Source: Methylophilaceae bacterium
GTDB lineage: Bacteria; Pseudomonadota; Gammaproteobacteria; Burkholderiales; Methylophilaceae
Direction of reading: 5' to 3'
Length of the DNA: 64,000 nucleotides
NCBI GenBank assembly: GCA_947451235.1
Contig: CANFZA010000001.1
Location: 8,991 to 72,990, forward strand
Part shown: positions 40,732-50,904 of the stretch, piece after piece
How positions within the stretch are numbered: position 1 is the stretch's first letter
Layout: the number at the start of each line of letters is the position of its first letter
Position numbers and translations under genes: made by a program
Notes under the pieces: generated by a model
What the model saw: only the letters and a program-made list of their open reading frames with translations
Told to the model about the DNA's origin: nothing
Database searches by the model: none

Positions 40732-41264
40732 TCTTCAATCACCTTAAATTGGCCAACTTCAATATCATCAATCGTATAACTGCCTATAGCGTAGCGAATT
40801 AATCTTAAGGTAGGAAAACCGATTTTTGCCGTCATACGCCTTACTTGGCGATTTTTACCTTCGCAAATTTTAATTTCTAGCCAACTAGTAGGAATGGCTT
40901 TACGCTCACGAATCGGTGGGTTTCGTAACCATAAATTTTCCGGCTCAGCCATCAGCCGAACCTGGGCAGGTTTTGCTATAAAATCACTCAAATCTATACC
41001 AAGTCGCAGGGGAATCAAGTCATCATCGGAAGGCGCGCCTTCTACTTGCACCCAATAAGTTTTAATTTCTTTGTGTTTTGGATCACTTAAACGGTGTTGT
41101 AACATGCCATCATCGGTTAAAATGAGCAATCCCTCGCTATCTGTATCTAACCGCCCAGCGGCGTAGACATCTGGAATGTGGATAAAATCTTTTAACGTAG
41201 CATGCTTTTCATGTGGGCTAAACTGGCACACTACATTAAAGGGTTTATTAAACAAAATGATCAT
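40728..41264 (-). CDS. rluE: RsuA/RluE-family rRNA pseudouridine synthase (no S4 domain)
   Basis: Catalytic motif AAGRLDTDSEGLLILTDDG; MIILFNKPF start at 41264 preferred over the low-complexity extension to 41345. Confidence 0.8.
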   Translation of the reverse strand: MIILFNKPFNVVCQFSPHEKHATLKDFIHIPDVYAAGRLDTDSEGLLILTDDGMLQHRLSDPKHKEIKTYWVQVEGAPSDDDLIPLRLGIDLSDFIAKPAQVRLMAEPENLWLRNPPIRERKAIPTSWLEIKICEGKNRQVRRMTAKIGFPTLRLIRYAIGSYTIDDIEVGQFKVIEE

Positions 41265-41406
41265 AAGTTGACAATTTAAAGTTGATGATTGAAAACTAAA
41301 ATTAATATTAAAAATAAAAATAAAACGACAATTACAAAACGACAAGAAAATTGTCCAGATTAGACCAGATTAAAATCGTAACATTAGGGAATACATTAGG
41401 AACAAT

Positions 41407-42663
41407 ATGACTTCAAAAGATAAAATCACCGGCAAAATAGCCATTCCAAGCACTGGCGAAAAAATCACCGTTAACGCAGATAACTCGCTGAATGTCCCTA
41501 ATCATCCCATTATCCCATTTATTGAGGGTGATGGCATAGGCGCAGACATTACACCGCCAATGATTAAAGTGGTCGATGCTGCAGTGAATAAAGCGTATGC
41601 CGGCACGCGTAAAATTTCATGGATGGAAGTTTATGCAGGCGAAAAAGCGACGACCGTATATGGCGAAAATGATTGGCTACCAGCTGAAACCATGAACGCG
41701 CTGCGCGAATATGTGGTTTCTATTAAAGGCCCGCTAACTACACCAGTGGGTGGCGGCATACGTTCACTCAACGTATCTATGCGCCAAGAACTTGATTTAT
41801 ATGTATGTTTGCGTCCAGTGCAATATTTTACCGGCGTGCCTAGCCCGCTTAAGCACCCAGAAAAAACCAATATGGTGATTTTCCGCGAAAATACTGAAGA
41901 CATTTATGCCGGTATCGAGTGGGCTGCCGGTACAGATGAAGTCGCAAAAGTGATTAGCTTTTTAAGCGATATGGGTATGCGTAAAAAAATTCGCTTCCCA
42001 GAATCTTCAGCCATTGGCATCAAGCCCGTGTCTAAAGAAGGCAGCCAGCGTTTAGTGCGTAAAGCCATTCAGTACGCCATTGATAACAATCGTAAATCGC
42101 TAACTATTGCCCATAAAGGCAATATTATGAAGTTTACTGAAGGCGGCTTTAGAGACTGGGGCTATGAAATTGCCAAACAAGAATTTGGCGCGGTTGAAAT
42201 TGATGGCGGTCCATGGTGCAAACTGCCTAACGGCATCATCATTAAAGATTGTATTGCCGATGCTTTCTTGCAAGAAATTTTACTACACCCGCAAGATTAC
42301 GATGTCGTTGCAACGCTTAATTTAAATGGCGATTACATGAGTGACGCGCTTGCGGCACAGGTTGGCGGCATTGGTATTGCACCAGGCGCAAATTTAAGTG
42401 ACACCGTAGCAATATTTGAAGCAACACACGGCACCGCGCCTAAAATTGCTGGCAAAGGCTTGGCTAACCCTAGCTCAATTATTCTTTCAGCTGAAATGAT
42501 GTTGCGCCATTTAGGCTGGCTAGAAGCGGCAGATTTAGTCATTAACGGCGTTGCCAAAGCGATTTTAGCCAAGCGTGTCACCAGTGACTTTTTTAGCGAA
42601 ATGGACAGCGCAACACAAGTGAGCACAGCACAATTTGGTGATGAAATTATTGCCAATATGTAA
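41407..42663 (+). CDS. icd: NADP-dependent isocitrate dehydrogenase (homodimeric type)
   Basis: 418 aa; [24 protein letters not shown] block, near-identical to the E. coli Icd region holding the phospho-Ser. Confidence 0.95.
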   Translation: MTSKDKITGKIAIPSTGEKITVNADNSLNVPNHPIIPFIEGDGIGADITPPMIKVVDAAVNKAYAGTRKISWMEVYAGEKATTVYGENDWLPAETMNALREYVVSIKGPLTTPVGGGIRSLNVSMRQELDLYVCLRPVQYFTGVPSPLKHPEKTNMVIFRENTEDIYAGIEWAAGTDEVAKVISFLSDMGMRKKIRFPESSAIGIKPVSKEGSQRLVRKAIQYAIDNNRKSLTIAHKGNIMKFTEGGFRDWGYEIAKQEFGAVEIDGGPWCKLPNGIIIKDCIADAFLQEILLHPQDYDVVATLNLNGDYMSDALAAQVGGIGIAPGANLSDTVAIFEATHGTAPKIAGKGLANPSSIILSAEMMLRHLGWLEAADLVINGVAKAILAKRVTSDFFSEMDSATQVSTAQFGDEIIANM

Positions 42664-42693
42664 GGCTAGTCATTTATCGGTCATCAAGCTATT

Positions 42694-42750
42694 GGTGATT
42701 AAACATCAGTGATTAAATATCGGTGATTAAATATCAGTAATTAAATAAGC
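42694..42750 (+). repeat. 14-bp tandem repeat x4 (GTGATTAAATATCR)
   Basis: ggtgattaaacatca gtgattaaatatcg gtgattaaatatca gtaattaaataagc, between icd stop and its terminator. Confidence 0.85.
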
Positions 42751-42761
42751 TCAGCAATAAA

Positions 42762-42789
42762 AAACGGCTCGTAACATTACGGGCCGTTT
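42762..42789 (+). terminator. icd terminator hairpin
   Basis: aaacggctcgtaa-cat-tacgggccgttt (1 mismatch) followed by gtat. Confidence 0.6.
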
Positions 42790-43011
42790 GTATACCTATT
42801 AACACAATGATAACTAATGTGAAGGCCTTAACGAGCTAAAATCTTCTGAATATTGACAGCTAGCTAGTCTTTTAGCCCATCAATGGCTACATTGTATGAT
42901 TGATTTTCATACACAAATACACGTAAAGTCTTTACAAAAAAAAGTCTTAAGGGCATTATTGGTACGATAGAACGTAATAAGGAAGCGTCTCGCTCATTTA
43001 ATGTCATTTTT

Positions 43012-44730
43012 ATGTCAACTGTTACCACATCCAATAAACTGAGCGGACTAGCCCGCACGCTAATTCAAGAAAGATTACTCTCTGAAGATGAGGCAAATGC
43101 TATTCAAATGCAGGCGAACTCAATTAAAGCGCCGTTTATTACACAACTTATTCTAAGCAGAAAATTAACGGCAAAAACCGTTGCAGAAACCTCAGCAAAA
43201 GCCTTTGGATTTCCCTACTTTAACTTAGATGCATTCAATGCAGATTATCTGCCTGCGAAAAAGATAGACGCAAAATTAATGCAGACTAATCGAGTGATGG
43301 CACTGCAAGTTCGCAATAATTTACTGTTTGTTGCCATTTCAGACCCGACAAATCTTCACGCGCTAGATAGCGTGCAGTTTCAAATGGGCATGGCGTTATC
43401 GCCAGTAGTGGTTGAAGATGATAAGTTAGGCCGCTGGATAGATAAAATCATTGAATCTAACGATGTCAGCATGAAGTCGCTGGATACCAATGATGACTTT
43501 GATTTGGGCGGAGACCTTACCGAACAAGTTGAAGATGAAGTGCAATCGCAGGAAGTTGACGATGCGCCTGTGGTTAGATTTTTAAACAAAATGTTGATAG
43601 ATGCCATCAATATGGGCGCCTCTGATTTGCATTTTGAACCCTATGAAAAATTTTACCGTGTTAGATACCGCGTAGACGGCATTTTGCGTGAAATCACCCA
43701 ACCACCACTCGCGATTAAAGAAAAGTTAGCGTCTAGAATTAAAGTAATTTCCAGTATGGACATCTCAGAAAAGCGCATACCGCAAGATGGGCGCATGAAG
43801 TTGGTGTTATCCAAAACACGCACTATTGATTTTCGGGTAAGCACGTTACCGCTGATTAATGGCGAAAAAATCGTGATGCGGATTTTAGATCCAACCAGCG
43901 CAACCTTAGGTATTGAGGCTTTAGGTTACGAAGTTGAACAAAAAGAAGCTTTATTAGGCGCGATTAGCCGTCCTTATGGCCTAGTGCTGGTCACAGGGCC
44001 AACTGGTTCAGGTAAAACGGTGTCGCTTTACACCTGCCTGAATATATTAAATAACCCTGGCGTTAATATTGCAACGGCAGAAGATCCTTGTGAAATACCG
44101 CTGGCCGGCATCAACCAAGTGAACGTAAACGACAAACAAGGGCTGACTTTTGCCGCTGCGTTAAAATCGTTCTTACGGCAAGATCCTGACATTATTATGA
44201 TTGGTGAAATTCGTGATTTAGAAACGGCTGACATGGCGATTAAAGCTGCTTCTACAGGCCACATGGTGCTTTCTACCTTACATACTAATGATGCCCCTTC
44301 TACACTTACGCGCTTATTAAATATGGGTGTAGCACCATTCAACATCGCATCGGCAGTATCGCTCATTACCGCTCAACGTTTAGCCAGACGTTTATGTAAA
44401 AGCTGTAAAATACCAATTGATGTCCCAAAAGAAGCGCTACTTGGCGTAGGTTTTACTGAAGAAGATTTGGATGGATCTTGGCAGCTATATGGTCCTAAAG
44501 AAGATGGCTGTGAAATGTGTAACAATGGCTATAAAGGCCGCGTAGGTATTTATCAAGTAATGCCGATTACCGATGCCATTAGTCGCATTATTATGAAAAG
44601 TGGCACCGCGCACGACATTGCTGATCAGGCAAAACTTGAAGGCGTTAAAGACTTACGGCAATCTGGGCTACTTAAAGTAAAACAAGGTCTAACCTCAATT
44701 GAAGAAGTTGAATCTTGTACCAATGAATAA
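43012..44730 (+). CDS. pilB: Type IV pilus assembly ATPase PilB
   Basis: 572 aa; GPTGSGKTVS, DPDIIMIGEIRDLETA, TGHMVLSTLHTNDA, tetra-Cys CKSC...CEMC; followed by pilC. Confidence 0.93.
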   Translation: MSTVTTSNKLSGLARTLIQERLLSEDEANAIQMQANSIKAPFITQLILSRKLTAKTVAETSAKAFGFPYFNLDAFNADYLPAKKIDAKLMQTNRVMALQVRNNLLFVAISDPTNLHALDSVQFQMGMALSPVVVEDDKLGRWIDKIIESNDVSMKSLDTNDDFDLGGDLTEQVEDEVQSQEVDDAPVVRFLNKMLIDAINMGASDLHFEPYEKFYRVRYRVDGILREITQPPLAIKEKLASRIKVISSMDISEKRIPQDGRMKLVLSKTRTIDFRVSTLPLINGEKIVMRILDPTSATLGIEALGYEVEQKEALLGAISRPYGLVLVTGPTGSGKTVSLYTCLNILNNPGVNIATAEDPCEIPLAGINQVNVNDKQGLTFAAALKSFLRQDPDIIMIGEIRDLETADMAIKAASTGHMVLSTLHTNDAPSTLTRLLNMGVAPFNIASAVSLITAQRLARRLCKSCKIPIDVPKEALLGVGFTEEDLDGSWQLYGPKEDGCEMCNNGYKGRVGIYQVMPITDAISRIIMKSGTAHDIADQAKLEGVKDLRQSGLLKVKQGLTSIEEVESCTNE

Positions 44731-44770
44731 TCAGGCTAAAATGCAATGCTAACGATGACAGGGATTAGAA

Positions 44771-45994
44771 ATGGCAGTTAATGCTAAAGCCACTAAAGAG
44801 GTGACCTACTCTTGGGAAGGCAAAGACAAAAAAGGAAAAATCATTAAAGGCGAAATGCGCGCCACGGGTGATTCTTTTGTTAACGCCACCCTGCGCCGCC
44901 AAGGCATTATTGTCACTAAAGTAAAGAAAAAGAGTAGCTTTGAAAGTAAAGGAAGCATCTCAGATAAAGACATTACGCTTTTTACCAGACAGTTAGCCAC
45001 CATGATGAAGGCCGGCGTGCCTTTATTAATGTCATTTGATATTGTTGGCAAAGGCCATAGCAACCCAGCCGTTGCCAAGCTATTAATGGACATTAAATCC
45101 GATGTAGAAACCGGTAGCAGCATGAGTGCTGCGTTCCGAAAATATCCGCTATATTTTGACGCGCTTTTTTGCAATTTGATTGGCGCGGGTGAACAAGCCG
45201 GTATTTTGGATACGCTACTAGACCGCCTTGCTACCTATAAAGAAAAAATCCAAGCAATTAAATCTAAAATTAAATCTGCGCTATTTTATCCAATTTCAAT
45301 TGTCGTCGTTGCCTTTGTCATTGTTGCTGTGATCATGATTTTTGTCATTCCAGCATTTAAAGATTTGTTTGATGGTTTTGGTGCTGAATTACCAGCGCCT
45401 ACCTTGATAGTCATGGCGATTTCTGAAATATTTGTGCAGTGGTGGTGGGCTATTTTTGGTGCTATCGGTGGCGCCATTTGGTTTTTCTTCTACACATGGA
45501 AGCGCTCTTTAACCATGCAAGCAACTATGGATAGATTGATCCTTAAAGTGCCAGTTTTTGGCGCTTTAGTACGTAAAGCCACTATTGCGCGTTGGTCACG
45601 CACGCTAGCCACCATGTTTTCTGCCGGTGTTCCGCTGGTAGAAGCCTTAGACTCTGTCGCCGGTGCAGCTGGAAACAGAGTTTATTATGATGCGACAAAA
45701 AAAATACAGAGTGAAATTAGTACCGGCACCAGTTTGACTGTTGCTATGCAAAATACCAATGTTTTCCCTAACATGGTCATACAGATGACGTCTATTGGCG
45801 AAGAGTCAGGTTCTCTAGATTCTATGCTGAGTAAAGTAGCGGACTTCTTTGAAGCTGAAGTAGATGATGCGGTTGATGCACTGGCCAGCTTGATGGAGCC
45901 AGTGATTATGGTGGTGCTGGGCACTATCATCGGCGGCTTGGTCGTTGCAATGTATCTGCCGATATTCAAAATGGGGTCAGTCATTACTGGCTAG
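44771..45994 (+). CDS. pilC: Type IV pilus platform protein PilC (GspF family)
   Basis: 407 aa, two T2SSF repeats, 3 TM, FPNMVIQMTSIGEESGSLD. Confidence 0.93.
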   Translation: MAVNAKATKEVTYSWEGKDKKGKIIKGEMRATGDSFVNATLRRQGIIVTKVKKKSSFESKGSISDKDITLFTRQLATMMKAGVPLLMSFDIVGKGHSNPAVAKLLMDIKSDVETGSSMSAAFRKYPLYFDALFCNLIGAGEQAGILDTLLDRLATYKEKIQAIKSKIKSALFYPISIVVVAFVIVAVIMIFVIPAFKDLFDGFGAELPAPTLIVMAISEIFVQWWWAIFGAIGGAIWFFFYTWKRSLTMQATMDRLILKVPVFGALVRKATIARWSRTLATMFSAGVPLVEALDSVAGAAGNRVYYDATKKIQSEISTGTSLTVAMQNTNVFPNMVIQMTSIGEESGSLDSMLSKVADFFEAEVDDAVDALASLMEPVIMVVLGTIIGGLVVAMYLPIFKMGSVITG

Positions 45995-46040
45995 AAGTCA
46001 GCGATTAAATAGTTAACTACACTGTAATTGTAAATTTTAC

Positions 46041-46068
46041 AAAAAAAGCGACTATTGTCGCTTTTTTT
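46041..46068. terminator. Bidirectional intrinsic terminator between pilC and dsbC
   Basis: aaaaaaagcgac-tatt-gtcgcttttttt. Confidence 0.85.
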
Positions 46069-46110
46069 GTAACTAACACATCTTAAGTAGCTGCTCGTTC
46101 AAGCAATCAA

Positions 46111-46830
46111 TTACTTTTTAACGGCAACTGTCATCGCACGCTCAATTTCTTTATAAGGTTGCGCACCCAGCATACGTTTACCATCCGCAAAAATCAGCGT
46201 TGGCGTGCTTGTTACGCCTAGTTTTTTTGCAAGCGCACCGATTTTTTCTAATGGCACGTCACAATTACCAGTTGTTTTTGGCAATTGATTACTCAAAATC
46301 CAATCTTGCCAAGCTTTTACACGGTTAGTCGCACACCAAATTGATTTAGATTTGGCAGCAGAATCAGGATGCAATTGCGCGATTGGGTATAAAAAAGTAT
46401 AAACCGTTACGTCAGTAATATTCGCCAGTTCATTTTGCTCTAGGCGTTGGCAATACGGGCAATCCACATCAGAAAAAACCACTAATTTACGGCTACCATT
46501 GCCTTTTACCACCTTAATCGCTTGATCTAGCGGCAAGCTAGAGAAATCAATTTTAGTTAACTCTTCTATGCGCTCGCCAGTGATGTCTTTTTTAGTTTTA
46601 GGATCAACCAAACGGCCTTCAGCGATTAAAAAAGTCATTTTTTCATCGGTGTAAATAATTTGCCCGCCCATAAATACTTCGTACAAACCTGCATAAGGCG
46701 TTTTAGTTACACTATCTACCTTGAACTTTGGATAGGTAGCTTCAACAGCCTTCTTAACGCTCGCTTCATCGGCCATTGCAAATGTTGCAAACGCACTTAG
46801 CAAGCTGATGCCAATTAATTTCTTAAACAT
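46111..46830 (-). CDS. dsbC: Periplasmic thiol:disulfide isomerase DsbC/DsbG family
   Basis: Signal peptide, dimerisation N-domain, thioredoxin fold with DCPYC active site. Confidence 0.85.
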   Translation of the reverse strand: MFKKLIGISLLSAFATFAMADEASVKKAVEATYPKFKVDSVTKTPYAGLYEVFMGGQIIYTDEKMTFLIAEGRLVDPKTKKDITGERIEELTKIDFSSLPLDQAIKVVKGNGSRKLVVFSDVDCPYCQRLEQNELANITDVTVYTFLYPIAQLHPDSAAKSKSIWCATNRVKAWQDWILSNQLPKTTGNCDVPLEKIGALAKKLGVTSTPTLIFADGKRMLGAQPYKEIERAMTVAVKK

Positions 46831-46933
46831 GAATATTCCTTAAACTGATTTGATTTTTAAACTGCTGTGATTTTAAACTGGGGCGCTTTTTAATACAGTA
46901 CGACTGAACAATTGGCCATCATAATATCGCGCA

Positions 46934-48130
46934 TTAAAGTGAAATAGCTTGTTTGAGTAATATTTTTTTAACCGCCTGATGCTTAGTCGCGGCTAAACCC
47001 CAATGCCTTACTTTTTTCACTATATTATTATTGCTTTCAAATAAACGATAAAGACCATCGGTCAGCACCCGCATATTTAAAAAATCAGCTTTTCGGCTAC
47101 GCGTATATTGCTTGAGTAAATTATGGTCATTAATGGTCTGATATTGATTTTTTTTCTTTAAAATTTCTAGCAAATCCACCACATCTCTAAAACCTAAGTT
47201 CACGCCTTGGCCGGCCATTGGGTGAAATTGATGGGCGGCATCGCCCACTAGCACCACACAATCTTGCACCAAGGTATCGGTTTTTTGCAAACTTAAAGGA
47301 AAGGCCGCCGCCGAGCCTATCAGTGTTAGCGCGCCTAATACGTGATTACCTGCACTTGAAACTTGCGCAGTGAATTCGTCTTCGCTTAATTTCAGCATAG
47401 AATCAGCCAATTTAGTTGGCACTGACCACACGATGGAAATTGTATTATTGGGTAAGGGCAACCAAGCTAAAATATGGCTTCCGGCGGATTCATTCGGTGC
47501 AAACCATTGCCGCGCGATATTTCCGTGGGATTTTTCAACGGTGAAGTTCGCCACTATCGCGGTTTGGCCGTATGATTTTTGCTGCATAGGCATATTTAAT
47601 TGCTGGCGCACCCATGAGTGGCTACCATCAGCGGCTAGCAATAAACTAGCTTCTACAACTTTATTATCAGCAAAATGTAATGTCGCTTTACTGGGCGCAG
47701 CGTTTACCGCTAAACAAGGGTGGTTAAATAAAGTTTGAATACCTAATGTTTTGACTTGCGTAAGCAACGCTTGTAGCAAAGCGCTGGCTTCGACTATAAA
47801 ACCCAAATTATCCGCATTGGCATCACTGGCTAATAAAGCAATGGGCGCTTGCGTGTGATCGGCAAATATTTCCATAGCCTGCATTTCACCGATACGCGCA
47901 GGATTTAATAGTTGCCATACGCCTAAATTTTTTAGCCATGCGGCATTTTTTGGACTAATGGCGTAAATTCGGCTATCCCAAACATCATTAACATTGGCCA
48001 TTTGCGTTGGGTCTTTGCTATCTACCAGTAATACAGAAAAACCCGCCTCATGCATGGCTAGCGCGGCAGAAACACCGACTAAGCCTGCACCCACGATGGC
48101 AACATCAGCGCGTAAAATTTCAGTAGTCAT
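46934..48130 (-). CDS. UbiH/UbiF/VisC/COQ6-family FAD-dependent ubiquinone hydroxylase (VisC/UbiI position)
   Basis: VAIVGAGLVG FAD fold, GDAAHQFHPMAGQGVNLGFRD; third gene of a pepP-ubiH-visC-like operon. Confidence 0.85.
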   Translation of the reverse strand: MTTEILRADVAIVGAGLVGVSAALAMHEAGFSVLLVDSKDPTQMANVNDVWDSRIYAISPKNAAWLKNLGVWQLLNPARIGEMQAMEIFADHTQAPIALLASDANADNLGFIVEASALLQALLTQVKTLGIQTLFNHPCLAVNAAPSKATLHFADNKVVEASLLLAADGSHSWVRQQLNMPMQQKSYGQTAIVANFTVEKSHGNIARQWFAPNESAGSHILAWLPLPNNTISIVWSVPTKLADSMLKLSEDEFTAQVSSAGNHVLGALTLIGSAAAFPLSLQKTDTLVQDCVVLVGDAAHQFHPMAGQGVNLGFRDVVDLLEILKKKNQYQTINDHNLLKQYTRSRKADFLNMRVLTDGLYRLFESNNNIVKKVRHWGLAATKHQAVKKILLKQAISL

Positions 48131-48150
48131 TGAACATTACTCAAAATTAA

Positions 48151-49311
48151 TTATTTTCCAAAACTCATTTTTCGCACCAAATGTTGCTTAACCGGTTTAA
48201 TTACATCAAACAAACCTAAGCCTGCGCTTCTTAAGCCAGAAACACCGAGCAAGTCATTAGAGAAAATATTCACCAAAAAATCGGTAAACAGCAAGCCGCC
48301 TTTGGTGTCCGATTTGCGGCTGGCTTGATACGCAGTCAGCATTTCTGTGCTACCTAATTTTTCTGGCGTTGCAGCAACCACAGTTTGCGCCAGCGATTCT
48401 GCATCGCGCAAACCTACATTAAAGCCCTGCCCAGCGACCGGATGCATAGTTTGCGCGGCGTTGCCGATTACCACCAAATGCGCGGTTTCTACCGTTTTTA
48501 ATTGTGATAGTTTTAACGGAAAAGCCATGCGTTTTTCTACACTTAAAAACTGCCCCACTCTATCGCCAAACTGTTCATGAAATTGCCTTAAAAAATCAGC
48601 ATCGCTTAAGCTCAGCATGGGCGTGATATATTCTTTTTTGCCAGTCCAAACTAAGGAAAAATCCTGCGCGCCATTCGGCAATAAAGCCATAGGGCCATGC
48701 GGAGTAAAGCGTTCGTAGGCGACATTATTATGCGGCAACTCGGCACGCACTTTAGTAATCAAAGCATCGTGGCCGTATTCTTTAGTTTCTTTGGTCAAGC
48801 CGGCAATTTCATCTAGACTACGGCCGCCATCGGCAAGCACTACTAAGGTGCTACTTAAAGTATGCGATTCGCCTTGATGCTGATAAGTCACGCTTGCGGT
48901 ATTTTCTGTGTGGCTAATATTTTCTGCGCTGGCTTCAAAAATGAAACTGACCGTCGCTTGCTGGCTAAGCGCCTCGTCCAATGACGCACTTAAGTCGCCA
49001 TAAGATAAAACATAGCCGAGTGCTTCTTGCTGATAATCGTGCGCGTGCAATTGCGAGCGGCCAAAACTGCCTTTTTGTGACACGTGTATGGTGTTAATTG
49101 CCGTGGCTTTTGTGGCTAAATTAGCCCAAACGCCTAATTTTTCAAGAATACGTTTGCTACCGTAAGACAAAGCCAGCGCACGGCTTTCAGTATAAGCCGC
49201 GCCTTGCTTGCGCGCTTCTAAAACGGTGACAGCTAAGCCTTGTTTGGCTAACAACAGCGCCAAAGTTGCGCCTACCGGACCGCCGCCTACGATAATAATT
49301 GGCTTATTCAT
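48151..49311 (-). CDS. ubiH: UbiH/UbiF-family FAD-dependent ubiquinone hydroxylase (UbiH position)
   Basis: IIIVGGGPVG, GNAAQTMHPVAGQGFNVGLRD; ATG 49311 preferred (the ORF to 49350 would abut the pepP stop). Confidence 0.7.
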   Translation of the reverse strand: MNKPIIIVGGGPVGATLALLLAKQGLAVTVLEARKQGAAYTESRALALSYGSKRILEKLGVWANLATKATAINTIHVSQKGSFGRSQLHAHDYQQEALGYVLSYGDLSASLDEALSQQATVSFIFEASAENISHTENTASVTYQHQGESHTLSSTLVVLADGGRSLDEIAGLTKETKEYGHDALITKVRAELPHNNVAYERFTPHGPMALLPNGAQDFSLVWTGKKEYITPMLSLSDADFLRQFHEQFGDRVGQFLSVEKRMAFPLKLSQLKTVETAHLVVIGNAAQTMHPVAGQGFNVGLRDAESLAQTVVAATPEKLGSTEMLTAYQASRKSDTKGGLLFTDFLVNIFSNDLLGVSGLRSAGLGLFDVIKPVKQHLVRKMSFGK

Positions 49312-49350
49312 GGCGCATTTTTCATTTAGGTTTTCGCTTAGGCCTTTCAT

Positions 49351-50688
49351 TTAAGCGTTCATTAACACTTCAATATCAGCCACACTTTTTACCGCTTTGG
49401 CGGTCAGCACTTCACAGCCATCTTGCGTCACTAGCACGTCGTCTTCAATCCGAATACCAATATTCCAAAACGCTTCTGGCACATTATCGGCTGGGCGAAT
49501 ATAGCAGCCTGGCTCTACGGTTAGCGTCATGCCGGGCTCTAGCGCTCGCCAATTATCTGACTGGCTTTTTAATTCAGAACTTATAGATTTAGGGTATTTA
49601 TACTCGCCCGCATCATGCACATCCAAGCCCAACCAATGACCAGTACGGTGCATGTAAAACTGACGATAATCGCCGCTTTCTAGCACCGCTTCTTTGCTAC
49701 CTTTACAAAGTTTTAAATCAATAAACCCTTGAATCAGCACGTCTAGCGCGGCCTCATGTGGTGCGTTCCAATGGTTTGAGGTATTCACTTTAGCGATGGC
49801 GGCAAGTTGCGAGGCCAACACTAACTCATAAACATCTTTTTGCGCGCCGCTAAATTTGCCATTGACGGGAAAAGTGCGGGTAATGTCAGACGCATAACCA
49901 TCTAGTTCGCAACCAGCGTCTATGAGCAATAAATCGCCAGCATTTAACACACAATTATTGGCGTTGTAATGCAAAGTGCATGCATTGGCGCCACCAGCAA
50001 CAATGCTGGTATAAGCCGGCGCTTGCGCACCTTTGCGATAAAATTCATGTAAAAATTCAGCCTCAACTTCATATTCCATCATGTTGGGTTTGGCAAACTG
50101 CATGGCGCGATTATGCGCGGCAGCGGCGATATTCGCCGATTGACGCATGATTTCCTGCTCAAATGGCGATTTATACAAACGCATTTCATCAACTAATTTA
50201 CGAATATCACTAATGTCATCAGGCACGCTCACACCAGTGCGCGCTTGACTGCGCAAGGTATTCAACCAGCCAGTGACACGGGTATCCCAAACTGCGCTTT
50301 CACCTAAACTAAAATACAATTTAGGCTGATTTGCTAGCAATTTTAAAACCACAGTATCTAGCTCATTGATTGAGTAGGCTTCATCAAAACCAAACTGTTC
50401 TCTTGCCGCATCGGCACCGTAGCGAAAACCATCCCAAATTTCGCGCTCTATATCTTTATCGCGGCAAAAAAGGATGGATTTAGGCTGATCTCCGCCTAGT
50501 AAAACCAGCACAGATTCTGGCTCTTTAAAGCCAGTCAAATAATAAAAATAGCTATCAAAACGGTAGGGGTAATGGCTGTCGCGATTGCGAATGACTTCAG
50601 GCGAAGTGGGTATAATCGCTAAGCTAGCGCCCATATTTGCCATGAGCTTTTGTCGTCTTGCTATAAATTCTGAGAGTTTTTTTTGCAT
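49351..50688 (-). CDS. pepP: Xaa-Pro aminopeptidase
   Basis: 445 aa; metal ligands in DAGCELDGYASDITR, HRTGHWLGLDVHD, EPG...RIED. Confidence 0.92.
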   Translation of the reverse strand: MQKKLSEFIARRQKLMANMGASLAIIPTSPEVIRNRDSHYPYRFDSYFYYLTGFKEPESVLVLLGGDQPKSILFCRDKDIEREIWDGFRYGADAAREQFGFDEAYSINELDTVVLKLLANQPKLYFSLGESAVWDTRVTGWLNTLRSQARTGVSVPDDISDIRKLVDEMRLYKSPFEQEIMRQSANIAAAAHNRAMQFAKPNMMEYEVEAEFLHEFYRKGAQAPAYTSIVAGGANACTLHYNANNCVLNAGDLLLIDAGCELDGYASDITRTFPVNGKFSGAQKDVYELVLASQLAAIAKVNTSNHWNAPHEAALDVLIQGFIDLKLCKGSKEAVLESGDYRQFYMHRTGHWLGLDVHDAGEYKYPKSISSELKSQSDNWRALEPGMTLTVEPGCYIRPADNVPEAFWNIGIRIEDDVLVTQDGCEVLTAKAVKSVADIEVLMNA

Positions 50689-50871
50689 TGAAAGCTTAGT
50701 CTGAGTTTACGGGTGGAAGAATGCAGATTATTTTAACCATTTACATACAAAATTATCTCTTAATTTGTGGCTTATTTAGTCAATTGGTTCAATTTTTAAG
50801 TGTGGGCTTTATGGTTGGTTGGCAGGTTTATTGGTTATTTGTAGACTTGCAGGTTTATTGGTAAGCTTGCT

Positions 50872-50904
50872 GGTGTGCAAATAAAATCGATTTGCACACC
50901 CTAC
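50872..50904. repeat. 33-nt hairpin element, copy 1 (GGTGTGCAAATAAAAYCRWTTTGCACACCCTAC)
   Basis: ggtgtgcaaataaaatcgatttgcacaccctac; its last bases contain the murU stop codon (cta, 50901-50903). Confidence 0.8.
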
